A stretch of DNA of 64,000 nt from Epithemia pelagica (lineage: Eukaryota; Protista; Bacillariophyta), in NCBI GenBank assembly GCA_946965045.2, contig OX337229.1, forward strand, positions 4,588,001-4,652,000, given 5' to 3'. A model generated the notes under the pieces. It worked only from the letters and a program-made list of their open reading frames with translations, searched no databases and was not told the DNA's origin. A program made the translations under genes and the position numbers. Each line of letters opens with the position of its first letter. The stretch's first letter is position 1. Shown here piece by piece: positions 43,772-56,010 of this stretch.

Positions 43772-45511
43772 ATGAACACCATGGTGGGCATGCAAGCCTC
43801 CCTGCATACCCCGACAGAGGACTCTTTATCTGAACTTATGAAGAGTGGTGATGTCGATGGAAGCGTAGGTGTAGGACCATCACCGGGTGGCTCAGCAACA
43901 CAACTTGATTTAGATGTAGAAGATGGGGACGATTTTGACGCTGATGAACTTTTGAAATCTCCACTTTTTAATGACTCGGCTGAGAAACTTGTCACGGAGG
44001 AGGAGTCGTTCGGAGATTTTGGTCCTTCCGAGGCGGCGATAAACGATGGCTCTTCAAACATCACACAATCCCCGATCACACGTACTAAACGAGAATTTGT
44101 ACCAATGGGTCTCCGACGGTCCGATGATAGCAACTTTGCTACGATGAAGCAACACCAACTTCAACAAGCCCAAATGTCGACACAACAACATCAACCTCAA
44201 CTTCCACCTTTCGCTGGAAATGATCAAGGCGATAGCTTGCTGTATGGAGATTTGCGTGCGCAACCGCCATTCCAGAACAACACATTGGATAACGGTGTAA
44301 CATCTCAGGCCCATTTCTCCCCTCAGGTTGGAACCGTACCGCCGCAAATGAATGGATTTCACGAAGGAAATCAAATGTTGGATGATAGCAGCCATGCTGA
44401 GTTTGCAATCGATGATGAGAGCGTTGGTATGGTTAACCCTTACCTGACTCCTGCGGGCAACAATAAGGGTCACATCCGTGGCATGTACGTTTCCTCCCCT
44501 GAACGGAGCAACAGTAACGCGTCCAGTAGCTATGAGTCTGATGCATCACCGGCACCTCGTCCACCAGGCAACGGAATGCTTGATGTTTCACAACATAGTC
44601 AAATGTCTTCTTCTCAAGGCATGGATATATCCCAGAATGCGCAAATGTTCACCCGTGCTCCGCCACAGCGAAGTCAAACGTATCATCCAGGTGCTTCTCG
44701 GAACCCTCTTGAGATGATGAAGGAGCATCATCAGCAGGGACAGCAACACTTTGCAGTAGGTGGTGGAAATGGTGATGTGAACCAGTTGGAAATGATGCAA
44801 CAGCATCTGCAACAAATGAATGAGATGGACCGCTATGAGATGCAAATGCAGCAGCAACGAAGTATGGAGAACAATGCCGGAGGCATAGGCGGGATGAACA
44901 TGTCTCGGTCTATGAACATGCCCTCGCGGAGCGCCAGTTGCGGTCCCACTCCAACTGGTGTTTACAACGATGGACTAGGATCCTTTCGTGGAGGAGGTGC
45001 TTTCAACAACATGGGACGACCCGGTGGGGGTTCAAGATTACCTTCTGATCTCGAACTTATGCAGAATGAGTTGGGAGCACAAATGCTGAATGGGGGAGGT
45101 GGTCCTGCGAATGGATCAGGCGGAGGCCCAGTCACTGTAAATGATGCCATGGAAAAGCTCTGCGAAAGCATGAAACGTTCAGCCATGAGTCGTACCCTTG
45201 TGAAACAGTTCTCCTCTGGGGCGCGTGGAGTTGCACGGACAAATTCAGCGGGCATGATGATGGGTGGAAGACCAATGGGAGGGCCGAACGTTCGGAGATC
45301 AAATTCAAATCGGAATTTGCCCATGGACGACAACTCGCATCGATCAACCGATAGCCGACCTGCGGTACCGATGCGACGAGTATCGAATACGAAACACCAC
45401 CTTCAAAGAGGCGTGTATCGTCACGGGAGTGGACATCTCACAGGGGTGAACAACATGGGGAACTCCAATATAAGCTTGCAAATTGACGGGCGTAACATGG
45501 GTTCGCTCTAG
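43772..45511 (+). CDS. Gln/Met/Gly-rich low-complexity protein, unknown function
   Basis: 1.74-kb ORF. Only non-low-complexity segment is AMEKLCESMKRSAMSRTLVKQ. Confidence 0.7.
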   Translation: MNTMVGMQASLHTPTEDSLSELMKSGDVDGSVGVGPSPGGSATQLDLDVEDGDDFDADELLKSPLFNDSAEKLVTEEESFGDFGPSEAAINDGSSNITQSPITRTKREFVPMGLRRSDDSNFATMKQHQLQQAQMSTQQHQPQLPPFAGNDQGDSLLYGDLRAQPPFQNNTLDNGVTSQAHFSPQVGTVPPQMNGFHEGNQMLDDSSHAEFAIDDESVGMVNPYLTPAGNNKGHIRGMYVSSPERSNSNASSSYESDASPAPRPPGNGMLDVSQHSQMSSSQGMDISQNAQMFTRAPPQRSQTYHPGASRNPLEMMKEHHQQGQQHFAVGGGNGDVNQLEMMQQHLQQMNEMDRYEMQMQQQRSMENNAGGIGGMNMSRSMNMPSRSASCGPTPTGVYNDGLGSFRGGGAFNNMGRPGGGSRLPSDLELMQNELGAQMLNGGGGPANGSGGGPVTVNDAMEKLCESMKRSAMSRTLVKQFSSGARGVARTNSAGMMMGGRPMGGPNVRRSNSNRNLPMDDNSHRSTDSRPAVPMRRVSNTKHHLQRGVYRHGSGHLTGVNNMGNSNISLQIDGRNMGSL

Positions 45512-45963
45512 ATAAGGGATTCTTTACTTCCTTAAATGTTGTTAACCTCGATGGGCTTGAACCAAAAGTGTCTTCATTCTCCTGTTAAAACACAGTGCCG
45601 GGTACTACATTCCCGTCTTTGAAGCGATTTTGATCTTTGACTGCACGAAGAAAATCACATGAATAACAAATTTCGAATAGAACTAACAGGAAATACCTGA
45701 TTATGTTGCCGTTCCTTTTAGTATACACTCGTCTATCATTCCTGGAGAGAACATGGATAGGAGTAGTAGAGCAAGAGCTCCTCCTAGACTGGTTGGCACG
45801 AACATAGTCCTCATAGTCATAGCCCTCCGTCCCAGAATTTGATGATGTCACACACGTTGCCCATTGTTCACGTCGTACTCGTCGTGGTGGTCACAAAAAT
45901 ATAATTCGAAAGTGAAAAGCATAAGCATCTTTCTTATGAATACATCTGCTTGTTTTACTCTTG

Positions 45964-47634
45964 ATGCCTTTACCGGGAGAGGACGAAATGGAGAAGTCTG
46001 GAACACGAAAGGCAGAAAGAAATAATTCGTCTGAGCAAGAAAAGCCTTCGTCGTCGGAACCACCGGGGGTGATCGACTGGGTTTTGAACAACTACGATGC
46101 TGAAACCACGGAAAGTCCGAATATTGACACAGAGCTGAGTCGATTGCAAGTTTTGAAGTCCTTTCATTTACTTGATCAGCGCTCTGATGACTGCTACAAC
46201 AGGTTAGCTTCAGTCGCCGGGCGTATATTTTCCGCTCCCCTTGCCTTGATAAATCTGGTGGATCTCGGACGCATATGGCAGGTTGCAGGCTATGGTCTAT
46301 CTTCATTCAAGGATCTCAATCGTGATATGCCTCGAGTGACGTCGCTGTGTGCGCACACGATCTTACAAAAGGAACTACTCCTGGTAGTCCCAGATCTGTT
46401 GAAAGACTCTCGTTTCCGATCCTCGCCCTGGGCAAATTGTGGGATCCGATTCTACGCAGGCACTCCATTAGTGAGTCCAGAGGGGGCTCATATTGGAACG
46501 CTGTGTGTATTGGATTCTAAACCAAGAGAAGGTCCATTCGGAGAAGATCAGCAAGAGCAACTAATGGACCTTGCGGCTTCCATTATGGATCTGATGGCAG
46601 AAAAACGTCAGAGCCTATCATCCACCGAACCTGACTATCCTGGGTTCACTTTCTCCTATGATGTACAGCGGGCGGCCACGTTTTTGAGACAACAACTTTC
46701 TCGCTTGAAAGACGATAGCGATTTTCAGACGGTGGCGGGTGACGCTCATCGTGATGCGCTTCAGTCCGCTTATGACAGTGCAGATTTTCTGTATGCGTCG
46801 CTTGTACCAAATCAGCGGTGTAGTCAGACTCGTTTGTCGAAGACCAAGCACCAAAACAGAGAAAGTGAATCAATGCCTCCTCCATCTCAACGGGAATCTT
46901 CTGGATCAGGGGCACCAAAAGTTGGTGAACAGAAAGCAATAGATTTGGCGGCGTTTGTAAAGAGCCTGGAAATTGCAATGGAGGCTTTCCCTCGAAAAGT
47001 TCATTTGTCGTTTTCTCTTCATCCGGGCTTACCAGGTGAACTTTGGTTCAATGATCTCAAAGTTTTTCGTTCTGCAATCGCGTTGCTGACGAGCGCGTGT
47101 GAGCGAACAAATGACGGGTTTGTCCGATTGAAGATATTTTCAAGACACGAACGAGAAGAAGGTCAAGTCGTCGTGTTTGAATGCGAGGACACTGGACGTG
47201 ATGTAGACTTGGATCGCTTTGAAAGCCTTTTCCATCCACCCCCTGGTGGAATTGATGTTGGGTATGAAAACTGCATCTGGCTCAACGATAGTACGGGTAA
47301 AATTGAGCGTTCCGTCTCGTGCGAGGAACCGACTGCTCCAGTATCCGGTGGGTTTGCCGTTCATCCGGTTGCAGAGTATGTCGCGTCCATGGGAGGAAAA
47401 TACGGGTTCCGCCCTCGGTTTGTGGAAGCTGGACATGGGGATGGGGGTAGTGGATCAATCTTTTGGTTTAGCATTCCTCTCCGAGAAGCAACCAGTACAC
47501 CTCAGTCCGGGACATCTCTTTCCGTGTTGGACAGCGCAATTGACTCAGCCCTTGAAATGTCCTCTCCTGTGGCAAATGCTTCAAACCAAGACATTCAACG
47601 TGTTGATGCAAGTGCAGCTCGTCCGTGGTTCTGA
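45964..47634 (+). CDS. GAF domain + degenerate histidine-kinase-like module
   Basis: GAF: RLQVLKSFHLLD…SLCAHTIL…RFYAGTPL…IGTLCVLDSKPR. HATPase-like: EDTG…MGG…GSGSIFWFSIPL. No receiver domain. Confidence 0.8.
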   Translation: MPLPGEDEMEKSGTRKAERNNSSEQEKPSSSEPPGVIDWVLNNYDAETTESPNIDTELSRLQVLKSFHLLDQRSDDCYNRLASVAGRIFSAPLALINLVDLGRIWQVAGYGLSSFKDLNRDMPRVTSLCAHTILQKELLLVVPDLLKDSRFRSSPWANCGIRFYAGTPLVSPEGAHIGTLCVLDSKPREGPFGEDQQEQLMDLAASIMDLMAEKRQSLSSTEPDYPGFTFSYDVQRAATFLRQQLSRLKDDSDFQTVAGDAHRDALQSAYDSADFLYASLVPNQRCSQTRLSKTKHQNRESESMPPPSQRESSGSGAPKVGEQKAIDLAAFVKSLEIAMEAFPRKVHLSFSLHPGLPGELWFNDLKVFRSAIALLTSACERTNDGFVRLKIFSRHEREEGQVVVFECEDTGRDVDLDRFESLFHPPPGGIDVGYENCIWLNDSTGKIERSVSCEEPTAPVSGGFAVHPVAEYVASMGGKYGFRPRFVEAGHGDGGSGSIFWFSIPLREATSTPQSGTSLSVLDSAIDSALEMSSPVANASNQDIQRVDASAARPWF

Positions 47635-47819
47635 GATATTCGAAGCTGTACAACAAATATTTCTCCACACCTATGGTTAGATCGATCACTAGAAAGAGCA
47701 ACCAGTCAAGAAGCTCCAGGTGACGTCATGAAGCTAGTTGTACCCACGAGATCGCCCGCGTTATCCTAACAAGACAGGAAGGAAGAAGCATGTGTTTGCT
47801 ATTTCTTCTATAGTAGATC

Positions 47820-50800
47820 TCACTGATTCTTTGGTCGACGCGACCAAAGGAATGTGGACTGATGCTTCAAAGCAGACTTTAGGGTCGTCATCTTCCCCCT
47901 CAGATGAACTTCTAAACTTTCGCGGAGTTGTTTCAACGAAAGAGGCCTCGAGCCTATTGCCTTCTTAGATTCTTCTTCAATCTTCAATAGAGTTCCAAAT
48001 ACCTTTGTCCATAACTCTTGCTGATGATAGCGTTGCAGTCTCTTCTTCGGAATCCATTGATTCTCGTCGAGTTCCAAGCTTTCTCCAAACAGCATTACAT
48101 GTGCCGTATCACATACGCCATAGGTGTCAACATCGAATGACCATGGTAGGGGTGGATTCATTCGCATCGCAACGCAGAGCATATCGTCCCTTGTCGCCTT
48201 GCCCGCGAACCGATGATTCAGAGCATCTTCTGGAGCACCAATTGACTCGAGATCAATCGCTCTGCCAAAGTCCACAAGCTGGATGTCCGCTGCTTCAAGC
48301 ATCTCGTCACCAACTTCATCAGATGAGGTCAACACCCAATTATCAGCCTTGATGTCACAGTGCTGTTATGCACGAGCGTTTTCCCAGGCAACGATTCGTT
48401 AGTTCAGACCAAAAACAGGAATACGGGGAAAATGAGAGTCGTCGTACATACCAGTATTTTTCCTCGGGAGTGAAGAAGTTCGATGTGATGAAGCATTCGG
48501 CATGTGTAGTGTATTGCAAGTATCTCAGGCATTGTGTCACCCCCAACATGGTCTGTTGATTTGTAGTTGTTCACAAGATCCAAAAGTGTTATCCCTGAAT
48601 GCGACACAGCAGACATGGCCATCATGGCACCATCCTCAAGTCCTAGGTATGCCATAGGACATGGAAACGGTACTCCATGTTTTGCTTTACTTTTCAATCG
48701 CATTCTCAGTTTCCGGAGAATTTCGTATTCCCATGCTAAACAGCCGGATGGAGCCTGTGCTTTGAGTGCGACTTGCTCAGAGCTATCTGCTTCATGCGCT
48801 TTCTGAAGCAGAGCCACGACTCCATACGAGCCTCTCCCAAGCTCTTTTTGGAGAATCGCATGGCTTTTAGACACGCGAATCTCCTCGTTCTGCCCTATTC
48901 TTGATGATTTTTTACCGAGACGAAGACAACGCGGTACAAGATGTCCCGCCATGTGATAGACTTTGTCTTCTTCAGAGAGAATGGAAAACAGCGATTTTTT
49001 GTGTCTAGGAAAGTCTTCTGAAGTGCGAGAAAGTCGATCCAATGCCTGCCTCACGTCTAAATCATGACGTTCAGTGTAAGGAATTGGTCCTTCACAAACT
49101 TCCGGTTTATCTTCTTTGTGGTAGGCTCGCCTCTTTCTGAGTACAGGAGCTTGGTCATGGAATGAGTTCGATCGACGACGTTTAAAATTACTCTCTGTTA
49201 TCGTGCAAACACATGAGACAATCAGCAGGGAAGGAAGCCAGAAGGACAAACCTTCAACTTGATTCCTATTCACTTACGTACTCTCTATGCCGTTAAGCTC
49301 ATCGACAAGACTGCCTAGAGAGGCCGTTTCACCATCAAGATCCTTTAGATCGTCGTCGAACAATGAGAAAGTTGCTGTATCTCCTCCTGAGGTCTCAGAT
49401 GGCCTGGATGGTTCTCCGTTGTCTGTTGAGAGCTGTAATTCGACAGTAGATTCAACGCTTTCCCGCCTTGTGGACAGTGGTTCTGTGGATTCTCCATTAC
49501 GGCTTTGTTCTTCTTGTTCTTTGATAATGCTTTCCATCGGCGCCGACGGTTCTCCACTATCATTCGCCATGTTTTTTTTGTCGTTGTAGATACTGAAAGA
49601 CATAGTCGGGATCGGCCTTTTTTTTCTCTGCGAGACACTGCATGGTTGCACACCACAAGGCTCAACAACGTCTTGGTCATCGTTGAAAATAGAGAAAGAA
49701 GGTTCCACGACTGTCTTATTTCGTGTGGTGCACGTAAATTGGCTCTTGTTGGACTGCGAGTCAGGGCATGTATCCTTGTTCTCCTCTCCGTCGTTAAATA
49801 TGGTGAAAGAGGAAGCACAACTCGCTCCTTGTTGTTTCGAAGTGCAAGGCTTATTGGGTGGAGGACTTCCAGGAACACGTGCAAAAGAAGAGTCTACCGC
49901 ATTCGCGGCAAGTTCGTCAAGAATGTCAAATGTTGGATTCTCCGTTCCATTGTCATCCGGTCTTTCGATAATTGATGGCATTGGATCTCCATGTGATACA
50001 CCTGAAACATTGAGAATATGACCCAGACCACCTGATCTTTTGGCAGCTTTTTTCGAGCCAGCTTCGAGTGCGGGGCTCGAGAACATCATGGAGAGCTCCC
50101 GGATCGCCATCTGTGTGTTAATTGTTTGCTCGATACGTTCTTCGGACAAACCAACGCCAGCTGCTTCATCGACTGTTGAGCTTGCAGTGGATTGGTTCCG
50201 AGGTGTTGGGGTCGGTATGGAGAACTGGTTTCGAGAGTTTGGGTCGTCATTGTTGATGTCCTCTACATTCAAATTAGAGGGGCGCTTTGAATGAATCTCA
50301 ACAATAGATGTGTCGCTTTGATCAATCATCATGGAGGAATCGTCGATACTGGGGGACTGACAGGTCGGAAAGAGATGATTAAAATTGGCTGATGCGTCCA
50401 CAAGAGTGAAATAGTTGGCAATTGCCCGAGCTTCCTCAAAGCTCTGCTCTTCTCCAAGAGAGTTCTTTAACAGTTTCTGTTGATAGCCAGTTGCCCGCCG
50501 TTTCGTTTTGCGGCCTTCTTTCTTGGGATTAGCTTTCGGATCGTTTTTCATTCCTCTGTCGTCGTTGGATCTTTTCTCTTTCACTTCTGCTTCTTGATCT
50601 TCTTGGAACCGAGAAGGGTCTCTTATATAGAGCAATGGATCCTCTTGAAGCTTTTCGACCATTCCTGCCCGTTCTCGTTCCCGAAAAGTGCGTTCGTCTC
50701 TGTGTCCTCGCATCTCAATTTTGGAGCGCAGTGCCTCCTCTTCATCCCTTGCGTGTTTCGCGGCGCACTCGTCGTCCACATGAATGGCAAAGGGTGGCAA

Positions 50801-51841
50801 CGGTTGTGCCACGGGACGCGAGCGGGCGCGTTGCGCATCATAGGCAGCTTCATAGCCCCCACGCTCATTCCAACGCTGTCTCTCCATTGTGTTTTCCTTT
50901 TTACGATCCTCCTCCCGCTCGATGGGTCGATCTAGCGGATACATGGTCGATTCGTTCAAGAGAAGCGATTGATCGGGTCGATTCTCCGAGTCATCGACGA
51001 AAATGGCAAAATTCTGAGAGCTGTTTTCTCCTCTCACTTCATTACGACTTCGATTTTCGTTCGGATGTGTATTGGTCGTGTCGGCAAGCGTAGCCTGGGA
51101 AAATAACGGCCTTGTAGAATGTTGTCCTCGTCGTTGTCGACGGTCGTTCCTGCGAACGGCATCTTCGGAAAGAGCGACCAAAACGCCCCTTGATGGTTGG
51201 CCATTTTCTTCATCTTCTAAATCATCTTCACCATTTTGCGTGGCGTTGAGCCAATGGGATGCCATTCGACGCTGAAATTGCTGAAATCGACTTTCCAGTT
51301 TGTTCAAAGGTTTCGCTTCCTTACGAATACCCTTCTCTAAAATCTTCTTGGCAAATTGATAATCGCCTTGCTTCTCACAGACAAAACTCCACGCAATCCA
51401 GAACATGGCGAGCTCAGATCCGATTTTCTGCTGGTAGAGATGTTGAAAGACTTCGGAGGATCGCTCGGTTTGCCCGGCGTAGCGACAACAAATACGGACA
51501 AAGCGAGTATCGTTGGCGTACTTGTCAATGCGATACAGTGAGCGCATACATCGCTCAAACAAGAGAAACTGGGCATGAGTGTCACTAGGATAGGTGTCTT
51601 GATAAAACTTGATATAGGAAAGCCAGTGGAGGAGTGGATCGTCATTTGTGTGGGCGAGTTGAAACGAACTGGATTCCGTGGGTCGAACCATGCTTTCGTA
51701 CTGGCGAAGCTGATCCTCATTCTTGTGCCTTTCATCTTCCGAATGAGCCATAAATGATTTTTCCAGTGCCTGAACATTTCGACCTCGCTCCAAGGGAGCC
51801 GTGTTCTCCTTGGAACGTTCCCATATCGGTGTTTCGTCCAT
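47820..51841 (-). CDS. BUB1: Spindle checkpoint kinase BUB1/BUBR1 (MadBub), ~1281 aa
   Basis: Exons 51841-49282, 49194-48452, 48362-47820. N-terminal WERSKENTAPLERGRNV (KEN), TPR region DPLLHWLSYIKF, GLEBS-like EQSFEEARA, kinase GRGSYG, HCDIKADNW, LVDFGRAIDL. Confidence 0.92.
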
Positions 51842-52905
51842 GGTGCTTCCCTCTCTAATGTAACGTGTAACGTGACGTTTGAAATGAGAGAGGCAATCTA
51901 CCAAAATCGGGTCGGCACGCGATTTCTACTCTGTAAAATTATATACCAAAAGTCTGAAAATGTGAGCGCATTTACAGTAGCCCTCTCCTTTCTATCACTA
52001 CAATATCAACTATCAAGGCTACCCCATGCCAACACGAAGGGGATGAAGCGAGGAAGAGAGATATAGAGGGGGTGAATCACTCACAAGTACAACTGGGAGT
52101 ACCGAGGGCATATCCTACCTGATAGACAAAAAAGATAGCAATTGCAATGGAAGATAGGTGAGTGACCCGCAAAATCGCAATGCTGCCGCTTGAGAGGGTT
52201 TCAACGAGAAACCCAGATCCATGGAGATTCATACTGGCAGTTGGAATGCCATCAAGGTGCACCTTGGGTGTGATAATGTTCCTATTACGAGTATATTAGG
52301 TTTTTGTAGACGGATCATTTCGTAGGAGTCCATCCGAGTCCAAGAGGACTATGATAATATTATGTTACGTCACAGCTCAAGTTGCTGTACAACAACAACG
52401 ACATGATGTGATATTTCTGATCGTGGTCGCTCATGTCTTGTTCGTCGGTGGGAGTTGAGAGTTGAGATCGAAAAAAGTGAGGGGGATTGCACGTCCGGCC
52501 GTCTCGACGCGACTCGTGAAGAGACAACAGACTCACACCGACCGCGACAAATCGACCCATACTTTGTTCCCCTTTCGGCGTCCGCCCAACCCAACAACAC
52601 TCCACAGCGAGAAAGAGACGGAAAGTCGTACGATCACACAAGAGCCAAAGCGATCCCACACACACATTGAGCAAGGCAAGCGAGAGTTACACGAGCAAAA
52701 GTTCTCAGGGACGAGGAAGCCAACTACTGTGGAGTTCGTTCGCTTGGACGTTTTGACATCAACTTTCATTCACCAGTCATCATTCCCAGGTGAGAGATAA
52801 TTCGTTCGTTGACGACAACACGAAACAAGCAAGAGTGACAGGTGTGAGAATAACTGTCCCGACGAGCCCAGGGGACTCGTGGAATCACCAGTTACGACTA
52901 CTATC

Positions 52906-55830
52906 ATGGAGCCTGGAATCGTTATTAGCGATGAATCATTTTCACCCATATCCGAGCATCAGGTCCATCAAGACGCCGCGTCCGTCCCATCCAAAGATTC
53001 ACAGCGAACATTGGCCACTGCGTTTTCCTTGTCTTCCTCCGGCTCCTCTGCTCCTTCCTCTCCTCCCTCCTTCACTCGAAGACGGAGAACACATCAACAA
53101 CAAGACGGAAGAGGATCTCCAATGTTGTCGCAACGACACGATGCCCCTTTGTTTGCGTTGAAGGAACGACGGCCTCCAAGTGTTTCCACTGTGACCAATC
53201 TGAGTGAATCGGTTTCGTATATTTCTTCCGACGACGGGGAGTACGATGACCATGAGCTGCCTTCCTATGGGGAGTTGACTGTTCCAATGAATTCTTCCAT
53301 TTCTACCGATGACTTTCACGGCGACGAAGCGACAAGATTTGATTTGGAAATGGGGGTTGTCACCTCCGGTAGTTCCGATTCAGGGCCTCGCGTCAGACCA
53401 CTTTCACCGCAAGGACATCAACAACCAACAACAAGAACAAGGCTCCCATCATCGTCAGGACGACAGCGGTTCCATACTACGAGTTCGTTTTCTCCGCCTT
53501 CTGTGACCACATCCTCTCTGTCATCATCAAGCTTTCGGTCTCGTCGCGGTCGAGCTGGCACGATGGATTCGACATATTCTCGACATACTGGTTCCATGTC
53601 GGATCGAAGGGTTGCAAAAGGTTTTCAACAACCTCAGTCATCCCTCAGAGCTTCCTTGGATGCTGGAATGGCCGCTGTTCGCACATGGATTCGATCACGT
53701 GGCAGTGGCCCCTCGTTGGAGAGTAACTGTCCTTCAAAGGTAGTGGACTTACGTCCAAGAAGTCGCAGTGTCACTTGGCAAACCAGTCCACAATCAGGCA
53801 ATATTTCTACCGTCAGCCTTGCCTCACAAAACACGACAAACTCGGAAGAATTGGATGATTTACTACAGTTGGATGATTTGAGCACCTACACGAACAACAG
53901 CGCGCGAACAGATGACAGTCATCTGAACAGCAACGTTCACAATCGTCCAGCCTCAGCTCCCACCATCCTTCCGTACGGTCATATAAGTAGACAGCCACGT
54001 ACATCTTCCTTCCAACATTTCTTTTCTCATCCTGATACAATTATCGAAGAACTGGAGGAAGGAGGAGACGGCCACATGGGCCACATGTCACCCGAATTGA
54101 GGTCCAGAAAACGATCACAATCAGAACCGGATGGCCGTCGCATTCCAGATTTTTTCCTCGGACCTCCACCGACTACTCGATACCACAACAACAATGGGTC
54201 GTCCGCCCGATACCATGCTAGCACCAGTGCCGCGACGACCCGGCCGAGACGGCGTCATTTGCGCAGACCGAAACAATATCATGGTACTCCTCCTCCAGCA
54301 CCGCACCGTGCTTCGCATCAACCGCCGTCGCAGTCACGACGCAACTCTCAACCGTTGCCTTTTTCGCGTAGGATACCCGGTCGACCAAGGGTCGAAAATG
54401 AGATTGGTGCCTCTCTCTCCACGTCGGCAGCAGCCGCACTGTCTGACAATCCCAATAGCCAATCTCCACCCCACACAGTCTTGCTTCACGAGTTTTCCGA
54501 TGCAGGAGCATCCATTGCAACCACGACAATGCCCCCAGAATCGGCCATTGAACTGACAGTTACCCCGGCCAATGCAGTGGACTCTGTCGGTAGTTCCTCG
54601 GCTTCGCCAAATGCAACCATTCCTCAATCATCCTCATTCCGTAACACTGTGGATTCCAGAGACGATGGAACCCACGTTTCCATGTCAGGGAGCCATGCTG
54701 AGTCTTCGTCGTCCGAGTTACCGAGGACGCCCACTCGAACAGCGCCTCATGTTCCCCGTGAAGGGAGTGTACGGAGCAACAACACGCAAGTGACTGATTC
54801 CGAGCGTCATGCTCGGATCCGGTGGATTCGCATCAACCGTCGCTTTCAATTTGTGATTACGGTTGTGGCTCTGATCTTCAGCCTCTTGTTGTTCGCCATC
54901 CTCATTTGCTGGGTTGTTCTCACTTCCGCCTACGTCTTATCCTTTGACAAATCTTGTGACGTTCCGCTCAAACGTTATTTTTGGCTTGTCACATTACAAC
55001 TGGTACTGGACGTTTTCCGGAGTGACATCATGCGGTTCGTCTTTCATTGGGACGCCAACTCCAATCAGAGAATTCCGATTCGGGTTGTCGCCTACAACAT
55101 AACGTATCTCATTTACGCCCTCCTGGTTCTCCGGCTTGGTGTTCGATCTGTATTTATGGATCGCACCACCTGTGACAATACTGCACCAGAACTCTTTAAT
55201 GCGAGTACAGCGTTTGTATCCCTTTCGATTGCCGCTTGGACGACAATTTTATGTGGCTACTTACTGCCTTTTTGCGTAGTCGCTGCCTTGCTGACATGCA
55301 ACGGCTACAATCCCACGAGCCATAACCGAGCCGACGACCAAGCCTTGAATCGAGATCGTAATGTCATGGGTTCGCCTGGAGCGGGACAAGCCGTGTTCCC
55401 TGCAGCCTACGCAACGACTGGAGCTCCGCCTGGAACAGTGAATCGCCTTTCGGTGGTACGTCTGGAGAATGTGCCAGAGACCTCCCGGGAGTGCTGTATC
55501 TGTATGGAAGAATTTGCGGAACATGATGTACTGGTGGAAACCTCTTGCAAACACATTTTCCACAAACAATGTTGTCGAGAATGGCTTCGACAGGCACGGA
55601 CTTGTCCTGTCTGTAGATCGGATATTCCTGGATCGTTGCAAGCTCCTTCACAAATGGAACCAGACTCTTCGTCACGGATTCCCATTGGACCAACAGGACG
55701 GCCCGTTGTGGGCCTTTTGCGAATCTTGCGACGGACGACGGGTGCCATTGGCCGAAACATGTCGACAACTTCTTCCCCCACTCGGGTCGGCCGCAATCCT
55801 TCGAACGGGGAACGAGTGACAAGCAACTAA
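52906..55830 (+). CDS. Multi-pass membrane RING-H2 E3 ubiquitin ligase with long disordered N-terminus
   Basis: Several TM segments with SCDVPLKRYFW and CDNTAPELF; CCICMEEF…CKHIFHKQCCREW…CPVCR. Confidence 0.88.
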   Translation: MEPGIVISDESFSPISEHQVHQDAASVPSKDSQRTLATAFSLSSSGSSAPSSPPSFTRRRRTHQQQDGRGSPMLSQRHDAPLFALKERRPPSVSTVTNLSESVSYISSDDGEYDDHELPSYGELTVPMNSSISTDDFHGDEATRFDLEMGVVTSGSSDSGPRVRPLSPQGHQQPTTRTRLPSSSGRQRFHTTSSFSPPSVTTSSLSSSSFRSRRGRAGTMDSTYSRHTGSMSDRRVAKGFQQPQSSLRASLDAGMAAVRTWIRSRGSGPSLESNCPSKVVDLRPRSRSVTWQTSPQSGNISTVSLASQNTTNSEELDDLLQLDDLSTYTNNSARTDDSHLNSNVHNRPASAPTILPYGHISRQPRTSSFQHFFSHPDTIIEELEEGGDGHMGHMSPELRSRKRSQSEPDGRRIPDFFLGPPPTTRYHNNNGSSARYHASTSAATTRPRRRHLRRPKQYHGTPPPAPHRASHQPPSQSRRNSQPLPFSRRIPGRPRVENEIGASLSTSAAAALSDNPNSQSPPHTVLLHEFSDAGASIATTTMPPESAIELTVTPANAVDSVGSSSASPNATIPQSSSFRNTVDSRDDGTHVSMSGSHAESSSSELPRTPTRTAPHVPREGSVRSNNTQVTDSERHARIRWIRINRRFQFVITVVALIFSLLLFAILICWVVLTSAYVLSFDKSCDVPLKRYFWLVTLQLVLDVFRSDIMRFVFHWDANSNQRIPIRVVAYNITYLIYALLVLRLGVRSVFMDRTTCDNTAPELFNASTAFVSLSIAAWTTILCGYLLPFCVVAALLTCNGYNPTSHNRADDQALNRDRNVMGSPGAGQAVFPAAYATTGAPPGTVNRLSVVRLENVPETSRECCICMEEFAEHDVLVETSCKHIFHKQCCREWLRQARTCPVCRSDIPGSLQAPSQMEPDSSSRIPIGPTGRPVVGLLRILRRTTGAIGRNMSTTSSPTRVGRNPSNGERVTSN

Positions 55831-56010
55831 AGCGGACAACAAAAGAGAACCAAGGAAAATTCTCATTTTGGTTGCATCTCGCTACTTGGAAGGTGATTCA
55901 ACTTTCCACACTCCCAGAGTCGTGGAGTTGCCACGTTGAACTAGATACGAATTGATGCTAGCTAGTGCTATCTTGCTACCGCTATGACCAGTGCCTGTTA
56001 TCACCAGTTG

